32,000 nt of DNA from Desulfobulbus propionicus DSM 2032 (GTDB lineage Bacteria; Desulfobacterota; Desulfobulbia; Desulfobulbales; Desulfobulbaceae): contig NC_014972.1 of the NCBI RefSeq assembly GCF_000186885.1, positions 2,880,001-2,912,000 of the forward strand, written 5' to 3'. Of the stretch, positions 13,118-21,214 are shown piece by piece. Each line of letters starts with the position of its first letter. Within the stretch, counting starts at the first letter, position 1. The translations under genes and the position numbers were made by a program. The notes under the pieces are model-generated. The model searched no databases. It was given only the letters and a program-made list of their open reading frames with translations, and had not been told where the DNA came from.

Positions 13118-13147
13118 AAAAAAAAGCCCGGCAGACTGCTGCCGGGC
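13118..13147 (-). terminator. Intrinsic terminator for the minus-strand diguanylate cyclase gene
   Basis: Minus-strand reading GCCCGGCAG-CAGT-CTGCCGGGC-TTTTTTTT: perfect 9-bp stem, 4-nt loop, eight Ts, 35 bp downstream of the stop at 13182. Confidence 0.92.
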
Positions 13148-13181
13148 CTCAAATTCTGCCTCTTCGGACCGCCGAATTTTC

Positions 13182-15503
13182 TTACCCTCGCATCGGTGGA
13201 AGAGCAACGTTCTCCTCTCCACTCGCCGTCGCCTCCATCCCCTGCTCCTGGAGAAAATGGCCCAAGGCAAGATCCTCGGCCAGGATATGTTCGAGCAGCC
13301 AGGCTTCGAGCAGGGAAAACATGAACTGATCGCCGCCCTTGAAGATCTCGCCTCTGAAGTTGTCCACCTCGGCCAGCAGGTAGTCGTGGGCCGCGTCGTG
13401 ACCGGCCTGCCGGGGATAGCCATACCGCTGCATGAGCGCGTGTTCGGTGGCGAAATGCTGGGCGGTGGCCCCGGCCAATTCGTGGAACAACCGTTCCATG
13501 GCGGCTTGATCGCCGTGCGTTCGTGCCGCGTCCAGCAAGCGGTTGACCAGCAGCACCAACCCCTCGTGCTGACGGTCGATCTCGGCCACCCCGACCAGAT
13601 GGCGGCTGTCGAGGACGATTGCGCCCGCGTTTTGGCAACCGTCGTCGGCAAACACCGTCTGATTTTTCCCCGCTTTCTTGGCCTGATACATGGCCGCGTC
13701 CGCCGCCATGAGCAAGGTATCCATGTCGATGCCGTCGTGGGGAAACAGACTGATGCCGATACTCGCGCCAACCCGGCAGGTTGTTCCGGAAGCAAGGGCA
13801 ATATCGGGCGCCACCGCCTCGAGCAGATTTTGGGCCACCAGGCCCGCCTCATCCGCGCGGTTCAACTCATTGAGCACAATGACAAATTCGTCGCCGCCAG
13901 TGCGCGCGACCGTATCCGTTGCCCTGACCCTGGCAAGAAACCGCTCGGCAATGGTTTTCAACACAAGATCGCCGGCATCGTGGCCGTACTGGTCGTTCAC
14001 CCCCTTGAAGCCGTCGAGATCGATGAACAGAATTGCCACCATGGTCTGTTTGCGCCGGGCATTGAACAGGGCCTGGGACAAACGGTCAAACAGCAGCGCC
14101 CTGTTGGCCAGCCCCGTCAGACGGTCATGATAGGCCATCTGCTCAAGGGTGCGTTCCAGTTCCTGCCGTTGGGTGACATCCTGGGCCGCCGCGTAGATGC
14201 AGCCGTCGCGGGCCGCGGCATGCCATTCGATGAACCGGTACATCCCATTTTTATGCCGGAACCGGGCCACGAAATTGGTGATCGTCCGGCCCTGGACCAG
14301 TTCGGCAATCCTGGCCTTGGTCGCCTCCCGGTCCTGGGGATGGATGAAATCGAGGCAGGAGAGGCCCTCGAGTTCCGTGGAAGCATACCCCAGCCACTTT
14401 TCCCAGGCCGGGTTGAGCTTGCGGAAGGTTCCTTGCAGATCGCCGATGCCAAGCAGGCTGGGCGCCAGGGTGAACAGGGTTTCCAACTCCGACTGGATCG
14501 CGCGCAGTTGTGCTTCCCGCTCCTCGATGGCCCTGAGGGCCAGCCGCCGGCGATGCTGGACGACAGCGAGACCGGCGATGCCGCCAAGCACCAACAGGCC
14601 GTAGATCAGCAGCGATCGCCACAGACCATGCCACCAAGGCGCGTAGACCGCCTCCAGGTTGCGGCCGACAGCGATGATCAACGGCCCGTCCATGTGCAAT
14701 TCCGCCGGCTGGACCCGGTGCAGCGCGACCATGGAAGGCTCGCCGGTGGCACGGCTCGTCCCCTCCAGCACGGCCGCGTCTAGTCCGCTTTCCAGGAATC
14801 GGGTGAACAAGGTACCGGGCAAGGCCAGACTCTTGCCGACCACATCGCCCCTCTCCGGTTCCCATACAAACAGCGTGCCGTTGCCGTGAACAAAGGCCAC
14901 CCACGCATCGGCGGCATAGCGGACCGATCCGAGCAGCACCGCCAGCGCCTTGGGGTCGAGGGCGGCGGACACCACGCCGGCGAATTCGCCGCTTTGTCCG
15001 GCAAGCGCATAGGTCAGATTCAGCAGCCACGGGCCGGAAACACTTTGGTACGGCGGACTGACATACAAGGTGTCGCGATCGGGATGGCGCATCGGCACTT
15101 GCAGATACTGCCGCTGGGGCAGAATCTGGCCGATGAGTTCGTCCCTGGCCGCGGTCACAATCTTGCCCGCGGGGTCCATGACCAGGATACCGCGCACACT
15201 GGGCATGGCGTCGACCAGGGTCTTGAGGCGCTCCCGACAGACCGCCACCGCATCCTCACGGGCAAGCCACCCGGGGCGCAACCCGCCGCGAACATTGTCC
15301 AACGTGGCGCCGATGGAGAACAGGTGATGGCTCAGCACATCGCTGGTCACGGTGGCGGCGGTGGCAAGACGCTGCCGCTCGTTGTCCGTGATGTGCGCAT
15401 GGTCGTGAACGTTGGTGTAGGCAAACACCGCGCCGATGACCAGCACGCAGACAGCGAAAATCAGCCATTCACTCACAAAAGGCCTTCGTCGTGTACTGGC
15501 CAT
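13182..15503 (-). CDS. Diguanylate cyclase with N-terminal periplasmic Cache-like sensor, PAS, GGDEF and C-terminal bacteriohemerythrin domain
   Basis: Two TM segments flanking a Cache-like region, PAS 'FTLAPSLLGIGDLQGTFRKLNPAWEKWLGY', 'RATDTVARTGGDEFVIVL' (RxxD I-site plus GGDEF), and hemerythrin ligands H (IDRQHEG), H/E (HFATEHALM), H/H (GHDAAHDYL), H/D (EHILAED). Confidence 0.94.
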   Translation of the reverse strand: MASTRRRPFVSEWLIFAVCVLVIGAVFAYTNVHDHAHITDNERQRLATAATVTSDVLSHHLFSIGATLDNVRGGLRPGWLAREDAVAVCRERLKTLVDAMPSVRGILVMDPAGKIVTAARDELIGQILPQRQYLQVPMRHPDRDTLYVSPPYQSVSGPWLLNLTYALAGQSGEFAGVVSAALDPKALAVLLGSVRYAADAWVAFVHGNGTLFVWEPERGDVVGKSLALPGTLFTRFLESGLDAAVLEGTSRATGEPSMVALHRVQPAELHMDGPLIIAVGRNLEAVYAPWWHGLWRSLLIYGLLVLGGIAGLAVVQHRRRLALRAIEEREAQLRAIQSELETLFTLAPSLLGIGDLQGTFRKLNPAWEKWLGYASTELEGLSCLDFIHPQDREATKARIAELVQGRTITNFVARFRHKNGMYRFIEWHAAARDGCIYAAAQDVTQRQELERTLEQMAYHDRLTGLANRALLFDRLSQALFNARRKQTMVAILFIDLDGFKGVNDQYGHDAGDLVLKTIAERFLARVRATDTVARTGGDEFVIVLNELNRADEAGLVAQNLLEAVAPDIALASGTTCRVGASIGISLFPHDGIDMDTLLMAADAAMYQAKKAGKNQTVFADDGCQNAGAIVLDSRHLVGVAEIDRQHEGLVLLVNRLLDAARTHGDQAAMERLFHELAGATAQHFATEHALMQRYGYPRQAGHDAAHDYLLAEVDNFRGEIFKGGDQFMFSLLEAWLLEHILAEDLALGHFLQEQGMEATASGEENVALPPMRG

Positions 15504-15756
15504 GGTGTCGCTCCTCCCGCATGCACATCGTCCTGGTCAACCGCCTCTGGAAAAGCAGGACAGCACGTTTTTGCATCAGCCCCTCCAAACAGGCCCACGC
15601 TACCCAATCCCGGCCGCACAAGCAACCTCATCCTTGTCCAGGCACCACAAAACCGGGAAAGATGCGAAACCAGCGCACGAGTGGGGTGACGCGGCCACGG
15701 CAAGGAAGGCGGCCGCTCGTTCCCCGAGAGGCGCATCGAAGAAGCCGCGTCGCCTC

Positions 15757-17100
15757 CTAGCCGGCAAACACCGTGTATTTCCCCTTGCCACTGTTCTTGG
15801 CCCGATACATCGCCAGGTCGGCTTTGCGCACCAGGTCTTCGGCGCTGTCGACGTTGGGGACGCTCAGGGCGACGCCCATGCTGCCGCCAACCAGCAATTC
15901 ATGTCCTCCATGGGAAAACGGGGTCTGCAGAGAATGGAGGACCCGCTCAGCCAGTGGCAACACCTGTTCAAGAGTGCTCACTCCTTCGACCAGGACGGTG
16001 AATTCGTCACCGCCAAGGCGGGCGGCGGTATCCTCGCGGCGCAGAGAGCCTTGCACCCGATCCGCCACGAGGCGCAGCACCTGATCGCCGCAGGCATGGC
16101 CAAGGGTATCGTTGATCTGCTTGAAATTGTCCAGATCAAAAAAGAAAACCGCCACCGACAGCCCCTGGGCATCGGCACGGGTCAGGGCGCGTCGCAGCCG
16201 GTTCATGAAACAGGCCCGATTGGCCAAGCCGGTCAGAGGATCGTGAAAGGCCAGTTTGGTCAACTCGGATTCATACACCTTCCGTTCGGTGACGTCGTGA
16301 TAGGTGGCCACCATGCCCGAGATGGCCGGGTCATCGAGCAGGTTGACCAGGACGACTTCAAAATACCGCCAGCCGCCTTTGCCCTGCCGCAGCCGCACCA
16401 CGCCGTTGAGGGTCAGGCCGGGGCGCATTCCTGCCTGGACGAGCAGTCCCTGCATGATGGTCCTGTCCTCCGCATGAACATGGTCAAGCACGCTGCGCCC
16501 CTGCAGGGTTGCAGCCGCACAGCCCCACATGGCCTCGGCCGCCGGACTGACATAGTCAATGTCGCCGTCGACGGAGAGCACGGCGATAATGTCGGACACA
16601 CTGCGGATCAAGGCGCTGAAGCGTTCTTCACGTGTGCGCAGCGCTTTCTCGGCCCGCATCCGTTCGAACAGCTCCCTACAGACCGCCTGGTACAGGTGGG
16701 CATTGACCAGGGCCGCCGAGATCTGGCCACCGTAGAGCATGGCCATCTGCTGGGTGTGGGCCGGATAGGCGATGAGGGGAGAGCGCAGGGCAAAGAGAAC
16801 GCCGCGGATCAATTCCTGGTGATGGAGGGGAACGGCCAAGAGGGTCCGCACCGGAGCAAGAGCCGTGGGCGGCAGCGAAGCCTCCAGCAGCAAGGTGGTG
16901 AGATCGGTCGTGCCAAACGGCTCGTCCTTTTCCAAGTAAGGGGACGATATCAGGTATCCGGCGAGCTGGGTCAAGGTATCGGTGGATACCTGAACCAGCC
17001 CGGTGTGCGCCTCGCAGCGAAGCGATCCGGACCCATCGCGCAGGATCAGGGCCGAGGCGTCGGCTCCCGACGATGCGTGGCAGCATGTGTACCGCCTCAC
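15757..17100 (-). CDS. 3' portion of a frame-disrupted GAF-GAF-PAS-GGDEF diguanylate cyclase (partial GAF2, PAS, GGDEF)
   Basis: 447-aa ORF: GAF2 'ADASALILRDGSGSLRCEAHTGL', PAS 'LIRSVSDIIAVLSVDGDIDYVSPAAEAMWG', GGDEF 'RREDTAARLGGDEFTVLVEG'. Opens only five codons after an in-frame TAA, without its GAF2 N-terminal helix. Confidence 0.85.
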   Translation of the reverse strand: MRRYTCCHASSGADASALILRDGSGSLRCEAHTGLVQVSTDTLTQLAGYLISSPYLEKDEPFGTTDLTTLLLEASLPPTALAPVRTLLAVPLHHQELIRGVLFALRSPLIAYPAHTQQMAMLYGGQISAALVNAHLYQAVCRELFERMRAEKALRTREERFSALIRSVSDIIAVLSVDGDIDYVSPAAEAMWGCAAATLQGRSVLDHVHAEDRTIMQGLLVQAGMRPGLTLNGVVRLRQGKGGWRYFEVVLVNLLDDPAISGMVATYHDVTERKVYESELTKLAFHDPLTGLANRACFMNRLRRALTRADAQGLSVAVFFFDLDNFKQINDTLGHACGDQVLRLVADRVQGSLRREDTAARLGGDEFTVLVEGVSTLEQVLPLAERVLHSLQTPFSHGGHELLVGGSMGVALSVPNVDSAEDLVRKADLAMYRAKNSGKGKYTVFAG

Positions 17101-17749
17101 CGGCGAGGACAGTTATTTCAAGATGCTGACCAATGACCCGGTTGCTCTGCACGATCAGTTCAAACTGGACGTTGCGTTGCGCCTCTTCAAGCGCCAGACC
17201 TATCCGATGGGTCATGGCCAGCAGCAGATCGACATCGGTGCTGGCAAAGGGTTCGGGACGGCAGCGACCAAGCAGGAGGACGCCCTCGGCGGCGTGATTG
17301 CCGCCCACTGGCAGGCCGACCATGGTTTCGACCCCAAGTTCACGCAGCTGGCTGTCGACTTTCGGGTCGGTGGCCGCTTGGTCCGCCAGGACAGGGGTCT
17401 TGGCACGAATCACGGATTGTACATGTCCCTGCTCCTCGTCCGAAAAAGGCAGCTCCAGCATATCCTCCGGCAGGCCGATGGCCGCCAGAGGCGCGAATGT
17501 CCCTGTTCCAGCCGGGTCGAGAAGGACGACCACATCGGCGCAAAACAGCTCCGACAACATGGAGAGGACCCGGTCGAGCACCAGCGACAGCGGTCCCGGT
17601 TCACTGAGGATGGTCAACAGACGGGTCAGGCGGGTAGTATCGCGCACCGCCTCCCTCGCGGCCCGCAGGGCGCTGTCCCGGGCCATACGCAAACTGACGG
17701 GATGATCCATGGAGAGAGCCGCCGGGAATCGAACAATATTCGAGTGCAC
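17061..17749 (-). CDS. 5' portion of the same frame-disrupted gene (GAF1 plus start of GAF2)
   Basis: N-terminal ~229 aa of the 16676..17749 ORF: 'ILSEPGPLSLVLDRVLSMLSELFCADVVVLLDPAGTGTFAPLAAIGLP...ETMVGLPVGGNHAAEGVLLLGRCRPEPF', then 'QSNRVIGQHLEITVLAGEAVHMLPRIVG', which continues in the +1 frame as 'ADASALILRD'. Confidence 0.75.
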
Positions 17750-17760
17750 GGGTTCTTCCC

Positions 17761-18927
17761 CTAAAGAACAAGTGCCGTCAGCGTGGCGTTGTGGGTAGCG
17801 AGCACGCCGGCCGTTCGGGCAAACTCGCCGCAGCAGTAAAAACCAAAGGTCGGCGTCCCTCCGGCGGCTTCCTGTAATAGGCGGACTTCCTCGGCGACCC
17901 GGTCGCCAAAAATTTTTGCCCTGGCGGCGCAGTTGAACAGCAGCACCACCCCGGGGTCGGGATGGCCGTTGAGCGCCGACTCAACCACCTCGCCGGTGAT
18001 AGTAAGCAGGGATTCGATCGAACTGCCCATCACCTGAACGGCGCTCCCCGGCGGCGGCACGCATCCCTGAATGCGCAGCGCGCCCTGCTCGTTCTTGGAA
18101 CGGGCAACGCGGATGATCGCCGTGCCGTCGGATTGGAGCAGGCCAAAGGGATGCAGCATGGACGTATCCCAAAAATTCTCAACGCTCAGCTGCCCCGGAG
18201 CAATTCCGAGTTGGTCCTCATAGGCGATAGCCGCCGGCCGGCCGCCCAACTCGACGATTTCCGTGTCGTCGGTGCGGGTGACCAACAGGGGCACGCCGAC
18301 CGGTTCCCAGCCGTGGCGGCACCCCACCGGCAGGGGAAATTCGCTGGCGATCCACAGGGCCACGGCCCCGCCCTCGAGCACCTGATCGTTGTGAAAGACA
18401 AAGGTGCGAACAAACCGCAGCTCGTCGTTGGCGGCACCGCCGGCTATCGACACCCGCGGTCCGGTCACCCGATACACCCCATGCACCAACTGCTGAAGGT
18501 TGCCGGCCAGACAATCGGCCAGCAGCAGGATGGCGGCATGCGGACTTGGCCCGGCCTCGGCCCGGCTCAGACGGGCAAGAGATTGACCAGCCTGTTCGAG
18601 GTTGCCCCTGATGGCCGGCTCCGAGGCCACGCCAAAGCGGTAGGGCCCGGCTGTCAGAGCCAAGACCGCCACGCCGCCGCCGACCCCCAAATGCTGCCCC
18701 AAAAAAATTTCACCGGCACCGGTGGCGCCGATGAGCGGCGTCGTGCCGGTGACGGCACGAATGCCTTTGAGCAGCACCGGCAGATCATACTGGGGAGTGG
18801 AGAACACCAGCACCACGGCCGGCGATTGTCCGCAGAGCCCGGTCACCGCGGCGCGAGCGGCTTCGCTCCCAGCGGCGAATGCGTCCATGAGGTGGCGGCT
18901 TGAACCGATACCGGCCTGAATCTTCAT
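17761..18927 (-). CDS. FIST domain (FIST_N/FIST_C) sensory protein
   Basis: SD 'AAGGAGA' before ATG at 18927. 'VVLVFSTPQYDLPVLLKGIRAVTGTTPLIGATGAGEI', 'VSIAGGAANDELRFVRTFVFHNDQVLEGGAVALWI', C-terminal 'GVVLLFNCAARAKIFGDRVAEEVRLLQEAAGGTPTFGFYCCGEFAR'. Confidence 0.9.
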   Translation of the reverse strand: MKIQAGIGSSRHLMDAFAAGSEAARAAVTGLCGQSPAVVLVFSTPQYDLPVLLKGIRAVTGTTPLIGATGAGEIFLGQHLGVGGGVAVLALTAGPYRFGVASEPAIRGNLEQAGQSLARLSRAEAGPSPHAAILLLADCLAGNLQQLVHGVYRVTGPRVSIAGGAANDELRFVRTFVFHNDQVLEGGAVALWIASEFPLPVGCRHGWEPVGVPLLVTRTDDTEIVELGGRPAAIAYEDQLGIAPGQLSVENFWDTSMLHPFGLLQSDGTAIIRVARSKNEQGALRIQGCVPPPGSAVQVMGSSIESLLTITGEVVESALNGHPDPGVVLLFNCAARAKIFGDRVAEEVRLLQEAAGGTPTFGFYCCGEFARTAGVLATHNATLTALVL

Positions 18928-19111
18928 GCGTCTCCTTTTCTTGGCACTCTTTCTTGGCAATCATTGTGCACCACACCGTTGCACCTGGCGCGGCACTCTC
19001 GAAGCTCTTGCTAAGCAAAATTCATGCCCTCGGAGAAAGACGACACCTGTTCAAGGAGAACAACAAGTTACGGCCGCGTCATTGGCCATCCAGAAGAGAC
19101 GCCTGCGAAGA

Positions 19112-19162
19112 GTCCGAAAAAATCGGACAGAACAGCCGCAACCGTCCGAAAAAAGAGGACGG
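19112..19162. repeat. Two similar tandem stem-loops in an intergenic region
   Basis: GTCCGA-AAAAA-TCGGAC (19112-19128) and CCGTCC-GAAAAAAGA-GGACGG (19142-19162), sharing GTCCGAAAAAA..GGAC. Confidence 0.55.
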
Positions 19163-19235
19163 AGGAAAAGAGAGGCTGGATCCTGTGCGACACAACACAG
19201 AACACATCAACACTATCGATAGGTTCCGCGACCAA

Positions 19236-19622
19236 TCAATGGGCGGACCAGACAGTGAACAGCACAAAGCAACCAAGGACACCATGAATTGCCACGGCAA
19301 GCCGCTTCTGCCCGTCGAAGCCGCGTTTTGCAAGAACGTGTCGCGCGTGGGTCAGGGCCTCCGGATTGCCGTGTGCCGAATGCAACAGATCCTTGCGCAA
19401 CGCCTCGGCAACGGTGTACGAGCCCCAAAGCCCCAGGACATTCATCAGCGCGAATGCAAGATAGCCCACGGTGACCAGGAGTTTGAGTTCTTCCGCCACC
19501 ACCATGTTTCTCGACACGAGCCATCCGATGAGGGCGAGCAGTGCGCCTGTATAGAAATTCCAATAAAACTCGATCTTGCCCACCGCGGTGACAAACAACT
19601 GTGCAATATCTCTTGTTTCCAT
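19236..19622 (-). CDS. Small integral membrane protein of unknown function
   Basis: Internal start 'METRDIAQLFVTAVGKIEFYWNFYTGALLALIGWLV' with about three hydrophobic segments, including 'LLVTVGYLAFALMNVLGLWG' and 'LAVAIHGVLGCFVLFTVW'. Confidence 0.65.
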   Translation of the reverse strand: METRDIAQLFVTAVGKIEFYWNFYTGALLALIGWLVSRNMVVAEELKLLVTVGYLAFALMNVLGLWGSYTVAEALRKDLLHSAHGNPEALTHARHVLAKRGFDGQKRLAVAIHGVLGCFVLFTVWSAH

Positions 19623-19717
19623 CCGATCTCCTCCGCGGGTCACCCCCGTCTCGCGCCTCCTGTCGGCATCCGTTTCCACGGACCGGACTCGACGCCTCCA
19701 GACCGTCCCGCGCACGC

Positions 19718-21055
19718 TCAGCGCAGGTAGCCCCAGCTCTTCAAGCGGTTGTAGGCATACTGCGCCTCCTTGCCCTGCTTCTGCCGCTGGAGGTAGGTGC
19801 GGTATTTCTGGGCGGCATCGTTTTGCCGGCCCATCTTTTCCAGGGCGTATCCCTGATAGAAGACGATCTGAGCGTTGCCGGGCAGCAGCCGGTCATACTG
19901 GCCGAGCAGCTGATAGGCGTGCTCAAACCGCTTGTTGCCCAACGCGGCCAAACCGGTCACCAGATAGGCCTGCGCCTCCCCGGGGTAGGCGCGTATCGCC
20001 TCCTGGCCGTATTTTTCCGCCGCCGGCCCATTTTTCGTGCCCATCTGAAACTTGGCCATCATCAACAGGGCGGTGTAGTCGCCCGGTCCCTGCTGGATGG
20101 CCTGCTTGAACAGCTGCTCAGCCTGGCCGTACCGTTTCTTGCCGGCCGCTTCGCTGGCCTGTTGCAGCGAGGTCAGCATCGGTTTGAGCCGCCGCACCGA
20201 GGCGGTTTCGTCCATGTACCGCTCGCGGTTGACCGCCTGATTGACCCGATCGCGATAGCTGGTGGCCACTGCTTGCTGCGCGGTGGCAAACCGCTCGTCA
20301 CTCATCGGGTGGGTGGAGAACATCAGGTCCAGGGCGCCGGGTTGGCGCTTGTTAGTCTGCCGCAGCATGTCCATCAAATCCACCATGCCCTGCGGGCTGT
20401 AGCCGGCCGCGGTCATGTACTGCATGCCCAGGGCGTCGGCCTGGCGTTCATGGTCGCGACTGTAGCTGGCCAGAAGCGCGCCGGCTCCCAACCCGCCCAA
20501 TCCCTGCACCAAATCCCCCGTGCCTTCCATCCCGGCCGCGCTCGTCGCCACCGAAACCCCGGCGAGCACCAGGTTGGCCAGCATGCCCTTGCTTGCCTGC
20601 TGGGCGGTGTGGCGGGCGCTGACATGGCCGATCTCGTGGCCAAGCAGGGCGGCAAGCTCCGCCTCGTTCTCCATCTCGGCGAGAATGCCCCGGGTGGCGG
20701 CAATGGAACCGCCGGGAAAAGCATAGGCATTGACATAGGCGGCATTGACCGCGCGAAAGGAAAAGGGTATTTGAGGGCGATGGGAACGGGCCGCCACCTC
20801 CCGGCCCACCCGGCTGATATAGGCGTTGAGCCGGGCATCCGGAACCACGCCGTAATCAGTGGAAAACTGCTGCGGGGACTGCTGCCGGTCGATGCCGAGT
20901 TCCTGGCTTTCCGAGACCATCATCAACTGGCTTTGGCCGGTCACCGGATTGACGGCGCAACCGGCAAGCAGCTGCTGAATCACGGCGGCCGAAACGCCCA
21001 GTCCGGCACAGCGCAGCAACTGGCGACGATGTATCCTTGATTGTTTGTGCTCCAT
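19718..21055 (-). CDS. M48-family metalloprotease with C-terminal TPR region, Tat-type/lipobox signal
   Basis: 'MEHKQSRIHRRQLLRCAGLGVSAAVIQQLLAGC' (RR motif plus LAGC), zinc motif 'LLGHEIGHVSARHTAQ', 'ERQADALGMQYMTAAGYSP', followed by TPR-like helices. Start reassigned from 21337 to 21055. Confidence 0.92.
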   Translation of the reverse strand: MEHKQSRIHRRQLLRCAGLGVSAAVIQQLLAGCAVNPVTGQSQLMMVSESQELGIDRQQSPQQFSTDYGVVPDARLNAYISRVGREVAARSHRPQIPFSFRAVNAAYVNAYAFPGGSIAATRGILAEMENEAELAALLGHEIGHVSARHTAQQASKGMLANLVLAGVSVATSAAGMEGTGDLVQGLGGLGAGALLASYSRDHERQADALGMQYMTAAGYSPQGMVDLMDMLRQTNKRQPGALDLMFSTHPMSDERFATAQQAVATSYRDRVNQAVNRERYMDETASVRRLKPMLTSLQQASEAAGKKRYGQAEQLFKQAIQQGPGDYTALLMMAKFQMGTKNGPAAEKYGQEAIRAYPGEAQAYLVTGLAALGNKRFEHAYQLLGQYDRLLPGNAQIVFYQGYALEKMGRQNDAAQKYRTYLQRQKQGKEAQYAYNRLKSWGYLR

Positions 21056-21214
21056 ATTCTCCTCCCTGGATAGGATTGATGCCGACACGCCTTGGTGACA
21101 AACTGTGACATATTTGCCCTGGCTTGGCAACACTGCCGTGACCACGAACAGTTGCGTCATCATCCCGATCACACAGAGTTTTTCCCTTTTGACTGCCCTG
21201 CGAACCGTGCACCG

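Noticed and set aside
13257-14783. 508-aa ORF on + strand antisense to the Cache-PAS-GGDEF-hemerythrin gene
   Set aside because: Shadow ORF in high-GC DNA. The minus-strand protein has clear domains and a matching terminator; the + product shows no recognisable domains.
15504-15756. Riboswitch or hidden small gene between the two GGDEF genes
   Set aside because: Checked both strands by eye for conserved riboswitch cores and SD-preceded ORFs and found nothing convincing. The ORFs called there are short and compositionally biased.
16676-17059. C-terminal ~130 aa of the 16676..17749 ORF as a genuine domain
   Set aside because: After 'MLPRIVG' the sequence turns into Arg/Gly/His/Pro-rich out-of-frame translation, while the domain continues in the other frame. 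Treated as a frameshift artefact.
15436-17136. 566-aa ORF on + strand antisense to the GAF/GGDEF gene
   Set aside because: Shadow ORF with low-complexity His/Gln/Gly/Arg-rich product; the opposite strand encodes a clear PAS-GGDEF protein.
19601-21040. 479-aa + strand ORF antisense to the M48 protease
   Set aside because: Shadow ORF; the HExxH metalloprotease on the minus strand explains the region.
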